The notes beneath the pieces were generated by a model, which was not told the DNA's origin, did no database searches, and saw nothing but the letters and a program-made list of their open reading frames with translations. Shown piece by piece: positions 19,024-28,448 of a DNA stretch of 58,208 nucleotides. Within the stretch, counting starts at the first letter, position 1, and each line of letters opens with the position of its first letter. The position numbers were made by a program, and so were the translations under genes. This DNA comes from Alphaproteobacteria bacterium (GTDB lineage Bacteria > Pseudomonadota > Alphaproteobacteria > Rickettsiales > UBA3002), in NCBI GenBank assembly GCA_031402515.1, contig JANNSK010000093.1:1-58208 (forward strand), in the 5' to 3' direction.

Positions 19024-19644
19024 TCAATAGGCCACCGGTTCCGGATCGAGCGCCCGCCAGAGATACCAGGTGGCCACGGTTCTATAAGGCTTCCAACGCT
19101 CGGAAATAGCGAGATAGGCCTTTTTATCCAACGGCTTGCCCTTGTTGTAATGGCGGCCGATGGCTTTGAGCAGGCCGAGGTCTTTCATCGGCAGCACATC
19201 CGGCCGGGTGAGGTGAAAAATGAGGAACATCTCCGCCGTCCAGGTGCCGATGCCTTTAATAGAAGTGAGTTCTTCGATGATTTCCTCGTCGGAGAACGTC
19301 TCCCAATAGCCTGGCCCGATGTCCCGTTCGGCAAAAAACCGCGCAACATTGCGTGCATAAGCGACTTTTTGTGCAGAAAATCCGCATTGGCGCAAGGTTG
19401 TTTCGCGTTTGCGTAATAGGCTCTCCGGTGTCAGCGGCACCACAGTTTTTTCGAGCTTGCGCCATACGGCATCGGCGGCTTTCACTGAAATCTGCTGCCC
19501 GGCAATGGCGCGAATGAGGGTATAAAATCCGTCACCACGTGCTTTTAACCCCTCCTCGCCTTTATATTGGATGATCAGCCTTCCCATCGTGGGGCAGGAC
19601 TTCGACAGATGCTTTTTTGCCGGTTGCCAGTAGTGAGGAGTCAT
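19024..19644 (-). CDS. alkA: DNA-3-methyladenine glycosylase II (HhH-GPD)
   Basis: IAGQQISVKAA, IKGIGTWTAEMFLIF, RWKPYRTVATWYLW. Confidence 0.9.
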   Translation of the reverse strand: MTPHYWQPAKKHLSKSCPTMGRLIIQYKGEEGLKARGDGFYTLIRAIAGQQISVKAADAVWRKLEKTVVPLTPESLLRKRETTLRQCGFSAQKVAYARNVARFFAERDIGPGYWETFSDEEIIEELTSIKGIGTWTAEMFLIFHLTRPDVLPMKDLGLLKAIGRHYNKGKPLDKKAYLAISERWKPYRTVATWYLWRALDPEPVAY

Positions 19645-19772
19645 AATGATTGCGCGTGTTTATGGTTATGGCTATTTAATGAAGCCGGTAGCTTACAGTC
19701 TATAGCTAGTAGCTACAAGCTGTAGGCTGTTGGCTATTTTGGTGACTATCAAATAGCTCGAGGAAGGGTATC

Positions 19773-21191
19773 ATGACCGCCATGCAAAAACAGAAATCAT
19801 CCGACATCCGCATCGAAACTGACAGCTTCGGCGAAATCGAAGTGCCCGTTGACCGTTACTGGGGTGCGCAAACATCCCGTTCGTTGATGAATTTTAAAAT
19901 CGGCGGCGAGAGGATGCCAAAGCCGCTCGTGCGCGCGCTGGGTGTGCTGAAACGTGCTGCGGCGGCAGTCAATGTCGAGCTCGGCGTGTTGGATAAAAAA
20001 CTAGGCGATGCCATTGTTAAAGCCGCAACGGAAGTGATGGACGGCACGCTCGATGATCACTTTCCGCTCGTTGTCTGGCAAACCGGCTCCGGCACACAGA
20101 CCAATATGAATGCCAACGAAGTCATCTCCAATCGCGCGATTGAAATACTGGGCGGCGTGATGGGCAGCAAAAAGCCCGTGCACCCGAACGACCATGTGAA
20201 TATGGGGCAATCCTCGAATGATTCGTTCCCGACCGCGATGCATATCGCTGCCTGCGAGCAAATTTCCTCGGCGCTGATTCCGGCGCTGGCGCTGCTGCAC
20301 AAGGAACTCGATAAAAAGGCCAAGGCGTTTAAGGACATCGTCAAAATCGGCCGCACCCATTTGCAGGATGCCACCCCCCTCACCCTCGGTCAGGAATTTT
20401 CCGCCTATGCGACGCAAATTGAATACGGCATCGCGCGCGTGAAAAATTGCCTGCCGCACCTCTATCAACTGGCGCAAGGCGGCACAGCGGTCGGTACCGG
20501 CCTTAATACCAAAGTCGGCTTCGATATAAAATTCGCGGCGGAAGTGGCGAAAATCACCAAGCTGCCATTTGTCACCGCGCCGAATAAATTCGAAGCGTTG
20601 GCCGCGCATGACGCGCTGGTCGAGCTATCGGGTGCCCTCAATACGCTCGCCGTTTCACTGATGAAAATCGCTAACGATATTCGCTTGCTCGGTTCCGGCC
20701 CGCGCTGCGGCTTTGGCGAAATCAGCCTGCCGGAGAACGAACCCGGCTCCTCCATTATGCCCGGCAAGGTGAATCCCACGCAGGCCGAGGCGATGACGAT
20801 GGTCGCCGCGCAAATCATGGGCAATCACGTGACGGTTACGATTGCAGGCTCCAACGGCCATTTTGAACTCAACGTGTTTAAGCCGGTGATTATTTTTAAC
20901 GTGCTGCAATCGATTCGTCTGATTGCCGATGCGTGCAATAGTTTTGCCGAGCATTGCGTGGCGGGGATTGAGGCCAATCAGGAACAAATCACCGAGCACC
21001 TCAATAACTCACTGATGCTGGTGACGGCGCTTAATCCGCATATCGGCTACGATAACGCCGCCAAAATCGCCAAAAAAGCGCATAAGGAAGGTACTACGCT
21101 CAAGGCTGCCGCCCTCGCCCTTGGCCTTGCTACCGAGAAACAATTCGATGAGTGGGTACGGCCCGAGGATATGATTGGGCCGAAAAAATAA
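19773..21191 (+). CDS. fumC: fumarate hydratase class II
   Basis: [34 protein letters not shown]. Confidence 0.98.
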   Translation: MTAMQKQKSSDIRIETDSFGEIEVPVDRYWGAQTSRSLMNFKIGGERMPKPLVRALGVLKRAAAAVNVELGVLDKKLGDAIVKAATEVMDGTLDDHFPLVVWQTGSGTQTNMNANEVISNRAIEILGGVMGSKKPVHPNDHVNMGQSSNDSFPTAMHIAACEQISSALIPALALLHKELDKKAKAFKDIVKIGRTHLQDATPLTLGQEFSAYATQIEYGIARVKNCLPHLYQLAQGGTAVGTGLNTKVGFDIKFAAEVAKITKLPFVTAPNKFEALAAHDALVELSGALNTLAVSLMKIANDIRLLGSGPRCGFGEISLPENEPGSSIMPGKVNPTQAEAMTMVAAQIMGNHVTVTIAGSNGHFELNVFKPVIIFNVLQSIRLIADACNSFAEHCVAGIEANQEQITEHLNNSLMLVTALNPHIGYDNAAKIAKKAHKEGTTLKAAALALGLATEKQFDEWVRPEDMIGPKK

Positions 21192-21202
21192 GGCCTTAGC
21201 AA

Positions 21203-21220
21203 TTGTCATCAAATCTTCAC
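21203..21220 (+). promoter_or_regulatory. PhoB/OmpR-type box TTGTCAT-CAAA-TCTTCAC
   Basis: On the + strand, matching the orientation of the downstream + strand orphan (61 nt). Confidence 0.72.
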
Positions 21221-21281
21221 ATTCAACAGCCTAAATATATGTTAAATTGGGCCTCTTAGACTTGTAGATAGGAGACTCCCA

Positions 21282-21548
21282 ATGCCGGAAGCAGAGAACA
21301 AATTCAGTGATGAAGAAATCAAAAAAGCATGCGAGGCGTATGGCCAAGCCAGTTGGACGGCTGATATCAAACTTGGGCCACCAGGCCCCACTATTGAAGA
21401 CAATCAAAAGATCTACACTCAGAAATGTGTCTGGGCTAATCAGCGCCTAGATTCCGTAGACAAGAATTTAAGAATTCCCAATCTTATTACGGATGGGGTC
21501 ATCAGAAAAACCAAAGATGGCAATTACGAGCCAGTGCCTCGCCGCTAA
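21282..21548 (+). CDS. small orphan protein, 88 aa
   Basis: AGGAG RBS, upstream box, AT-rich. Confidence 0.65.
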   Translation: MPEAENKFSDEEIKKACEAYGQASWTADIKLGPPGPTIEDNQKIYTQKCVWANQRLDSVDKNLRIPNLITDGVIRKTKDGNYEPVPRR

Positions 21549-22276
21549 TACTCCAAATACGGCACGACGCTCGGCAGCACGATATCGATGACGCCAAAAT
21601 GGCCATCGGTTGGAGTCGCTGACAGTGGCTGCATATCAAGCATCACCCGCTGACGTGCTTCGATCGAGAGTTTCTTTAGCAACGGATCTTGGGAATTGCG
21701 ATTATCACCCGTGAAATAAAGCCGGGTGGAGAAGGCTGGCATATCCTCCGCGTTAATGCGAAGATTGAAATTCGGTGCGTGAATGATGGTGCGGATAATC
21801 TTGCCATGCTCATCGCGCACGTATGTTCTGGTTTCCGCCGGGAAGGCGGTGATAAAGGAAAAATTCCCCTCGTTATCGGTATAAGTGCGCCCAGCACCAG
21901 CAAAAACCGGATTGGGCGTGGCGATATCCTCCGGCATGGCGAGAATCCATTTCCCGTACGGATCAACTTGCCAGAGCTCGATAATCGCATTCGGCACCGG
22001 CATGCAATTTTTGTCGAACAAACGCCCCATGAGGATCACACGCTGGCCTTCCGCTTCGATGGATTTTCCAGTCGGCTTCAGGAGATGATTGGTCGTGGGA
22101 ATACGGTGAACACCGGGATAATTGATGGTTGCCAGTTTCGGTGTGGGCAAACAGGTTGGCTCCGCTAGCGCTGTTAACGGTATAGCCGTTAACAGAAACC
22201 ACGAAATTACGAATCCACGAATCCACGATTTCCTCATCGTGATTTCGTACATTCGCGATTTCGTACATTCGGTCAT
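21545..22276 (-). CDS. intradiol dioxygenase-fold (PcaH-like) exported protein, probably non-catalytic
   Basis: GRLFDKNCMPVPNAIIELWQ, GAGRTYTDNEGNFSFITAFP; signal-like segment; alternative start 22237. Confidence 0.8.
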   Translation of the reverse strand: MTECTKSRMYEITMRKSWIRGFVISWFLLTAIPLTALAEPTCLPTPKLATINYPGVHRIPTTNHLLKPTGKSIEAEGQRVILMGRLFDKNCMPVPNAIIELWQVDPYGKWILAMPEDIATPNPVFAGAGRTYTDNEGNFSFITAFPAETRTYVRDEHGKIIRTIIHAPNFNLRINAEDMPAFSTRLYFTGDNRNSQDPLLKKLSIEARQRVMLDMQPLSATPTDGHFGVIDIVLPSVVPYLEY

Positions 22277-23352
22277 GCCGCCTCACTAAGCTGTTTCAGT
22301 CGATCATCCAGCCGGGTGGTGTGTTCATGTAATAAATCAGCGGCCACCAAGGCTTGACGCGCTTCGGCAACCCACGCGGATTCATCCGGGTTGTTGGCGG
22401 CACCGCTGCGTTCGGCCTCAAGGGCGATTTCGCTCATGCGCTGGATCAGGCTGGCGATTTCATAGATAATTTTCATCGCTTCATGATTGGCCGTGCGTGT
22501 CTCGTCTACCGCGCGTGTGGCTTGTGCACTGGCAGCACGTGCATCATTGGCCAGGAGACGCATCGCCGAAACCGCGGGGGCGGCATTCACATCATTTTCG
22601 TCGTGGGCGGCGGAGATCGCTGTGTTTACTGCGACGAGATCGCTTTTGATGGCGAGCTGGTCGATCAACGTGGTGAGGGCACCGATCTTTTCTGACGCGT
22701 TATGCATATTTTTGATGGTGTATTGAAAAGTTTTTGCATGATCGAGTGCGTGGCGGATGGCAAGCAACAGGCGTTCCGAGCGCGCCCAGTTCGTGTGCGG
22801 CGGGGCCTGATCGGCGCGAGCGATAAGATCGCGCGACATCATCTGCATTTCCTGCGCGGTTTGGCGCAGGCTTTCCAGTTCGGTGACGAGTGGATTGATA
22901 TTCATTTGCGCCGGGATTTCGAGCACCGGCATCTCGGACTGCTGGCGCAACATACTGTAAAGCGGGCAAGAGGTGAGCTTATTCACATAGACTTCATCCT
23001 CGCCCGTATCAACGGCAGCTTCGCCTTTACGGATAATGAGGTCAACGATATCGAGAAGGTTGTTGAGCCGGTGTTGAAATTTGCCCCAACCATCCAGTGC
23101 GTTGATGCTGTTGACGCGGGCATCGAACGAACCACGAATGAAGGAGCCCACCGCATTGCTCGCTTGCTCGATACGTTGCTGCATGTGGCTGGCGCGCAGG
23201 ACAATCAAAAAGCCCGAAAGGCCTGTAATCACCAACGCGCTGATTTCCACATGTAACGGCCAGTGCATGGCCACAGCCAAAAGCGCCACGATACCGGCAA
23301 AACCCGTTATCATCCCCAGCTGGCGTATGCGTCGTAAATTCTCCGAACCCAT
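22273..23352 (-). CDS. degenerate methyl-accepting chemotaxis-like membrane protein
   Basis: Two TM helices, HAMP-like segment, IDQLAIKSDLVAVNTAISAA resembling the MCP tip; start inferred. Confidence 0.65.
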   Translation of the reverse strand: MGSENLRRIRQLGMITGFAGIVALLAVAMHWPLHVEISALVITGLSGFLIVLRASHMQQRIEQASNAVGSFIRGSFDARVNSINALDGWGKFQHRLNNLLDIVDLIIRKGEAAVDTGEDEVYVNKLTSCPLYSMLRQQSEMPVLEIPAQMNINPLVTELESLRQTAQEMQMMSRDLIARADQAPPHTNWARSERLLLAIRHALDHAKTFQYTIKNMHNASEKIGALTTLIDQLAIKSDLVAVNTAISAAHDENDVNAAPAVSAMRLLANDARAASAQATRAVDETRTANHEAMKIIYEIASLIQRMSEIALEAERSGAANNPDESAWVAEARQALVAADLLHEHTTRLDDRLKQLSEAA

Positions 23353-23446
23353 CCCGGCCCCGTTTCTGAACACAAGGCGACAGTAACCGAGCCTGCTCAA
23401 CCGGAGCAAGAGGAATCTCCCTATTACCCTCATTGCAAGTAGGAGG

Positions 23447-25543
23447 TTAATGAATCGTTGAATTGCCGGGAAGCTGGACATCCGCGTGTTTGCGATCGCC
23501 GACGCTATCGGCCCAGCCCTGATTCTGCGCCGTTTCTTCTGGTGTGGTATGACGCACATGCATCGGCGGCGGGCCGTTATATTGCACCGTGGTCGCCTGC
23601 ACTTTGGTGCTCGGTGTCATATCGATTTTTGGGTTGAGGACGATAGTGGTTTTGGGCGTGCCGGGCGCAGCGGCAGGTTTTTTCGGTTTGTCGTCATCCT
23701 CGTCCTTGACGATTTTGCGGCCCTCGAAATACTTCGCCGGTTTGCTTTGAAGGTCAATGGCAAGTCCGCCGATTTCTTTCACGGATTTGCCGGCTTTGCC
23801 TAACTGCCATGAAGAAAGATTGTCGATGAGCCCGTAGATGGCCTTGTCCATTCTACCGTTCTCACCGGTTGATGGGCTGTCGTTCACCCGCAGACCGAAT
23901 TCATCCTTGGCGATGAAGTAAGGCGTATAAGACATCGCGGCATCGACATAGGTGCGCAGGAAATCTTCGCGACGCCACAGTTCTGGTGTGCCGCCGGGGC
24001 CAGCCATAATTTTCGACAGGCGGCTGCCAACGGGCAGCACCGCATCGATGGCATGGTTAAGTCCAGAGCCCAAAGTGAAGCACATCCAACCGAAGGGGCT
24101 CAATAGCTTGGAGGTGAGTGATGGAGAGTTCTCCCAGGAGAATAACCCCTTCTCCTTTAATGATTTGGGAAACGGCACTTTTTGGTCGCTGAAATGGATA
24201 AAGTCCGGACGCGCCCCATTATGCAGCCCACCGGTAGGCCGCAGCCCACGATTTGTTTTCGAGACACTGCCATACGCCTGACTGCCCGCCGTGCCCCCCT
24301 GCAATAAACCTTTGGGATGCGAGTCCCATGTGCCGACAGAACTTTGTCCTGGCTGCGCATTCTCCAGAATAAACTCCGAACGCCACTTGCTTTGCGGTGT
24401 GCGGGTGATCCAGAAGAACGGTACCGATGGCTGCATGAACAGGTTGGCCTTGATCGTGCTTTTGATGAGGTAACGGCCGATGGTGCTTAACCCATCGATC
24501 ACGCTGGCGATCGGGTTGCTTGGGATGTGGAAATCAAACGATACGCCGTGTTTGTAGGCATGATAGAGCCTGCGGCCGATGCCATCGTAAATCTCGCGAT
24601 ACATCAGCGTGAAGACGTTGTAGCCGACGAACCTGCCCTGCAGGTCGAGAAGTCCAACGAGCTGATGGTCGCCGACGATATCGCCCTTATCGTTGACGAT
24701 GTAGGAGCCGCCGTTCCTGTTGCGATCCGAGCTATAAGCGAACGTCGGAACGAATTTTGACAGCATGTTGCGCTGCCACCTTAATTGATAGACATAAGGC
24801 AGCGCCGCAGCCCAGTCTTCACCAGCGTTTTTGGTGACGACGCGCCAGCTGGCACGACCCACCGCATGCGCCCATTTGCCGAAATCAAAATGGCCCTTAT
24901 CGCGCGTGGTTGCATTACCATTTTTATCAATCCACCATGGTTGCGGCAGGTTGGGATCGAAGGCCTGAATCATGTTGCGTACCGCGCCGTCGCCCAGCGA
25001 CATCGCCGCGAAGTCATACGTCACCGCAACCACTTCTGCACCGAGGCTGCGCCCCATCTGCATGCCTGCAACATTATGATAATAATTCGTTGGGCGGAAT
25101 CGCGTGACCGTTTTCGCCCATTCGGGATTCATCCATTTGGCAACAGTTTCGATCGGCTTTCCGGCAACATGGTCGAAGACATTCGCAACATATTGCAGTG
25201 GCTTACTGCCTTTGCCGATGAATTTTTCTTTGCCCCAGATGAAGGTCGATGGGTCGTAACCGAATAGCTGATTGCTGGCGTAGCGCGTCGCGAAGGCAAA
25301 CGATAGCGCACCGAAGATGCCGCGCGAAATGGTGCGAATCGCCATCCGCCCCTGTGTGCTCGACGCCCAGTTTGGTTTGGCGTTATAGTCGGATAACACA
25401 TTGCGCCCGTAGAGATATTCCTCCTGCGCGCTCGGACCATCGACGCCGAAATACGGCTCGGCCTCATCCGCAGGTGCAGTCGTCTCATCCAGCGGCGGAA
25501 CGTCGCTTGGCGATTTCTTTTTCTCTGTGTCGTCGTCTGACAT
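23447..25543 (-). CDS. large orphan protein, 698 aa
   Basis: Long ORF; acidic N-terminus, aromatic/Gly-rich core, P/T-rich tail. Confidence 0.8.
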   Translation of the reverse strand: MSDDDTEKKKSPSDVPPLDETTAPADEAEPYFGVDGPSAQEEYLYGRNVLSDYNAKPNWASSTQGRMAIRTISRGIFGALSFAFATRYASNQLFGYDPSTFIWGKEKFIGKGSKPLQYVANVFDHVAGKPIETVAKWMNPEWAKTVTRFRPTNYYHNVAGMQMGRSLGAEVVAVTYDFAAMSLGDGAVRNMIQAFDPNLPQPWWIDKNGNATTRDKGHFDFGKWAHAVGRASWRVVTKNAGEDWAAALPYVYQLRWQRNMLSKFVPTFAYSSDRNRNGGSYIVNDKGDIVGDHQLVGLLDLQGRFVGYNVFTLMYREIYDGIGRRLYHAYKHGVSFDFHIPSNPIASVIDGLSTIGRYLIKSTIKANLFMQPSVPFFWITRTPQSKWRSEFILENAQPGQSSVGTWDSHPKGLLQGGTAGSQAYGSVSKTNRGLRPTGGLHNGARPDFIHFSDQKVPFPKSLKEKGLFSWENSPSLTSKLLSPFGWMCFTLGSGLNHAIDAVLPVGSRLSKIMAGPGGTPELWRREDFLRTYVDAAMSYTPYFIAKDEFGLRVNDSPSTGENGRMDKAIYGLIDNLSSWQLGKAGKSVKEIGGLAIDLQSKPAKYFEGRKIVKDEDDDKPKKPAAAPGTPKTTIVLNPKIDMTPSTKVQATTVQYNGPPPMHVRHTTPEETAQNQGWADSVGDRKHADVQLPGNSTIH

Positions 25544-25596
25544 TAAAAACTCACACTATTACAGGTTAATAGTACCACAAATCAGGTGATTCTGAT

Positions 25597-25698
25597 GTGA
25601 AGGTTTTGTGACAATAAGGAGAGTTTTGTGACGGTTTGATGACCAACTAAACCTCTGAACAGCCGAAATATTTCAGTTGTGTGAAGTTTGCATGACAG
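25597..25698 (-). promoter_or_regulatory. three boxes in the divergent intergenic region
   Basis: 25597-25614 TTGTCAC-AAAA-CCTTCAC; 25628-25645 TGGTCAT-CAAA-CCGTCAC; 25681-25698 CTGTCAT-GCAA-ACTTCAC. Confidence 0.72.
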
Positions 25699-25777
25699 CG
25701 GCTGTTTTTACTCGGGGATGTGGGCGATTTCCTGTAAAATCAGAACAGAGAAATTGCTAAGGAGACACCATAGCGAA

Positions 25778-28351
25778 ATGACAGGTCCTGCACCACCAGT
25801 TTCAACCGTCGTAAAACCCGGTAGCCGAGCGCTGCCGATTGTCGAATGGTTTTCAGAGACGGCCTATACGCCGCCCGGTGCGCATCGCTTGTTGACGGCA
25901 GCAGGACTCACCGCTGGACTGCTCATCGGCCGCGGCCTGATGGATGTGGTGACTGCGCGCAGTTCAAATAAAGAAAAACCACTCGAACGCGATCAAGTGC
26001 TGGCGCCGTTTACACCACTGCACGGGTTGATGCGCTACAATCCTTATTCCGATCGCACGCCGGATCGCTGGAAATCAGTTGTGGATAATCTGGCGCCGGT
26101 GATGCTGGGTGGTGTCGGCGCCTATCTCGGTAGTCGTCACTATTTTTATGGCAATGAATTGAAACTATGGGGAAATGGTGCGGCAAAAGCCTTTAACGCC
26201 ACGACAAAATCGGTCAGCGCGAAATTTAAAACTGGCACACTCGCGCTCGATGAAGCCGACCACATGACGGGACTTGTCCAATCGGAAACCATGAACAAAC
26301 CGGCTGCATTTTCGTTCATCTGGGGAAGTGACACGGGCTTCCATTTGCCCGGTGCCTGGTGGGTATTTGGTACCGGCATGAGCGCCGAGCGTTTCGCCAC
26401 CGGTGTCGGCCGCAAACCGTGGATTCCGTTCGCCGGCTGGTTTAACCGGCTGATGGGCAATCATTCCTCCGGTATGCTGTCGTTGCATGGCGCGATGCGC
26501 GATACGGCAAAATGGATGGAAGCGAACGTCATGAAATTTAGCCATCCGGAGAAATGGCTAACGTCGGAAGCGCTGATGAAGCGCGTCGAAGCGGGCTTAC
26601 AAGTATTCCGCAAAGTGACGCCGGAACAGAAGCAAAAACTGATGAAGGCATTCGAGGAGCATCTGCAGAAAGCGCATGCGCTCAGGGAAAAGTTAAAAGC
26701 CGCAGGAAAATCCGAAGAAGAAATTTCTAAAAAAGTGTATGAGTTTATCGGCGGCACTGGCGAATATAAAGATGGTGTTGGCCTGTTCGGCGTGGCCTAC
26801 GAACGCATGCTGATTCAAAACGGCTTCGATCTCACCAAAGTGAAGCTCGGCGATTTCGGTCCATTCACCTTCGTCGCGCGATTGCTCGGTGGCGGTAAAG
26901 GTCCGCGTGCGGTCGAGGCTGCTTATGCCAAACACCTCAAGGAAGCGCACGGGATTGAATATGGCGAGAGCTACCTGCATGATGTCACGCTGAAGAAAAC
27001 CGCCTACTATACGGGATTCGCCGGACTTACTGCCGCAGGTATTTACGCCGGTGATAAAATCGTTACCCAGTTGAATAAAAAAGTCGATGCGGCGGGCAAT
27101 CCGGATACGCAAAATGCCGAACCGGAAAAACAAAAGGGCAAAGGCATCAACGGATGGGTAAACGGCAAACCGCTCGATACGCTGCAATGGGCCAGCCGCA
27201 TGTTGATTACACCGCCTTCTATGCATCGATTCATGAACGCGGCATTTCTCTCTGGTACGTTATACGGCAGTGCTAAATTTGCTAACGTGCTTGCCGGTCG
27301 CAAACTGCAATTGCTGCGCAGCGGCGCGCTACCGAATTCGCTCGTCTCCAAGGAACAGGTATGGGGCATATTCAAGCCGCTGCACGGTATTCTTGAATAT
27401 ACCCCAGGCAGCAGCCTTTTAAAGGACCGCTGGCGGCAGGCGGCGCATGCGTTGTTTCCAGTGAGTGTGGGTATGTTCGGTACGTTCACCGGTAGCCACA
27501 TGTTCTTCCGCGACCGCATCAACTCACTCAAAAAACCGGAAACGCTGGAAGACTACGTCGATAAAATTTCACTCGAGCAGTCGAAATTCTACGCGGGCGC
27601 GACGGCATTCACCTCGATTTTCAATACCGGCTCCGGCATTCATTTGCTGCCGATTTTCAGCTATACCGGCAACCTCAATAACCGCTATCTTGCCGCAAGC
27701 GGCCAGCAGGTGGCGTTACCGGGGCTTGGTAAATGGTGGTCGGGCAATCCAGGATTGCATCCGTGGGGCGTGAAACAGACTTTAGGCCATTTATGTAGCT
27801 ATCTCACCTATAATCCCGATAAAAATCCGCATGAAGTGCCGCTACTGGTACATTCGGTGATCGCCAAACTCTATCCCGATTTGCCGGAAGACAAGCTACT
27901 TGTCGCCAAACGTAAAATCATCGATCGCCTGATGGGCATTCGGAACGAATATTTCGAAGGCGATACGATCCCTGAAAAAAATCACAAAGTCCTGCACGAG
28001 CGCATCCATCAACTCACGGGCGGCCAGGGTTTTGAAGAATTGCTGATGCATGCGGGGCTGAATCCTGCTGAGGCCAACCTTGCCCATAATGGGATGCAAG
28101 GCAAAATCGCCAACTGGACCGGCTCTGGCCGTACAGTTGATCGTTTGCAAAATGAATATCGCAGCAAATTTGCCGAGCGCATGGGCCATCGCGGACGCCC
28201 TTTCACTGCCCAGCACGCAACTCCGTTCGCTTCAGGCAAGAAAGCTGAAATTCCGCGCGGTATGTCTGGCAACGGTGTACCTGGTAATAAAGTCAGCGTC
28301 GTCGCCGCCGATCGCCTACAACCATCGCCTGGGCAGTTCCAAACGCATTAG
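25778..28351 (+). CDS. large orphan protein (~857 aa) of two homologous halves with Gly-rich hydrophobic helices
   Basis: PPxxHR..FxPLHGxxxYxPxS..DRW occurs twice; AAGGAG before ATG 25778. Confidence 0.82.
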   Translation: MTGPAPPVSTVVKPGSRALPIVEWFSETAYTPPGAHRLLTAAGLTAGLLIGRGLMDVVTARSSNKEKPLERDQVLAPFTPLHGLMRYNPYSDRTPDRWKSVVDNLAPVMLGGVGAYLGSRHYFYGNELKLWGNGAAKAFNATTKSVSAKFKTGTLALDEADHMTGLVQSETMNKPAAFSFIWGSDTGFHLPGAWWVFGTGMSAERFATGVGRKPWIPFAGWFNRLMGNHSSGMLSLHGAMRDTAKWMEANVMKFSHPEKWLTSEALMKRVEAGLQVFRKVTPEQKQKLMKAFEEHLQKAHALREKLKAAGKSEEEISKKVYEFIGGTGEYKDGVGLFGVAYERMLIQNGFDLTKVKLGDFGPFTFVARLLGGGKGPRAVEAAYAKHLKEAHGIEYGESYLHDVTLKKTAYYTGFAGLTAAGIYAGDKIVTQLNKKVDAAGNPDTQNAEPEKQKGKGINGWVNGKPLDTLQWASRMLITPPSMHRFMNAAFLSGTLYGSAKFANVLAGRKLQLLRSGALPNSLVSKEQVWGIFKPLHGILEYTPGSSLLKDRWRQAAHALFPVSVGMFGTFTGSHMFFRDRINSLKKPETLEDYVDKISLEQSKFYAGATAFTSIFNTGSGIHLLPIFSYTGNLNNRYLAASGQQVALPGLGKWWSGNPGLHPWGVKQTLGHLCSYLTYNPDKNPHEVPLLVHSVIAKLYPDLPEDKLLVAKRKIIDRLMGIRNEYFEGDTIPEKNHKVLHERIHQLTGGQGFEELLMHAGLNPAEANLAHNGMQGKIANWTGSGRTVDRLQNEYRSKFAERMGHRGRPFTAQHATPFASGKKAEIPRGMSGNGVPGNKVSVVAADRLQPSPGQFQTH

Positions 28352-28366
28352 CCTTCATTTATTTTA

Positions 28367-28440
28367 TCATTCTGGCGAAAGCAGGAATCTCCTGCAATAA
28401 TGGTTTTTTTAAGGAGATCCCTGCTTTCGCAGGGATGACA
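28367..28440. repeat. REP/RPE-like palindrome between convergent orphans
   Basis: TCATTCTGGCGAAAGCAGGAATCTCC ... GGAGATCCCTGCTTTCGCAGGGATGACA. Confidence 0.75.
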
Positions 28441-28448
28441 AATGTAAG

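Noticed and set aside
23353-23559. N-terminal extension of the MCP-like ORF
   Set aside because: Overlaps the 698-aa gene; ATG 23352 just before the TM helices is more plausible.
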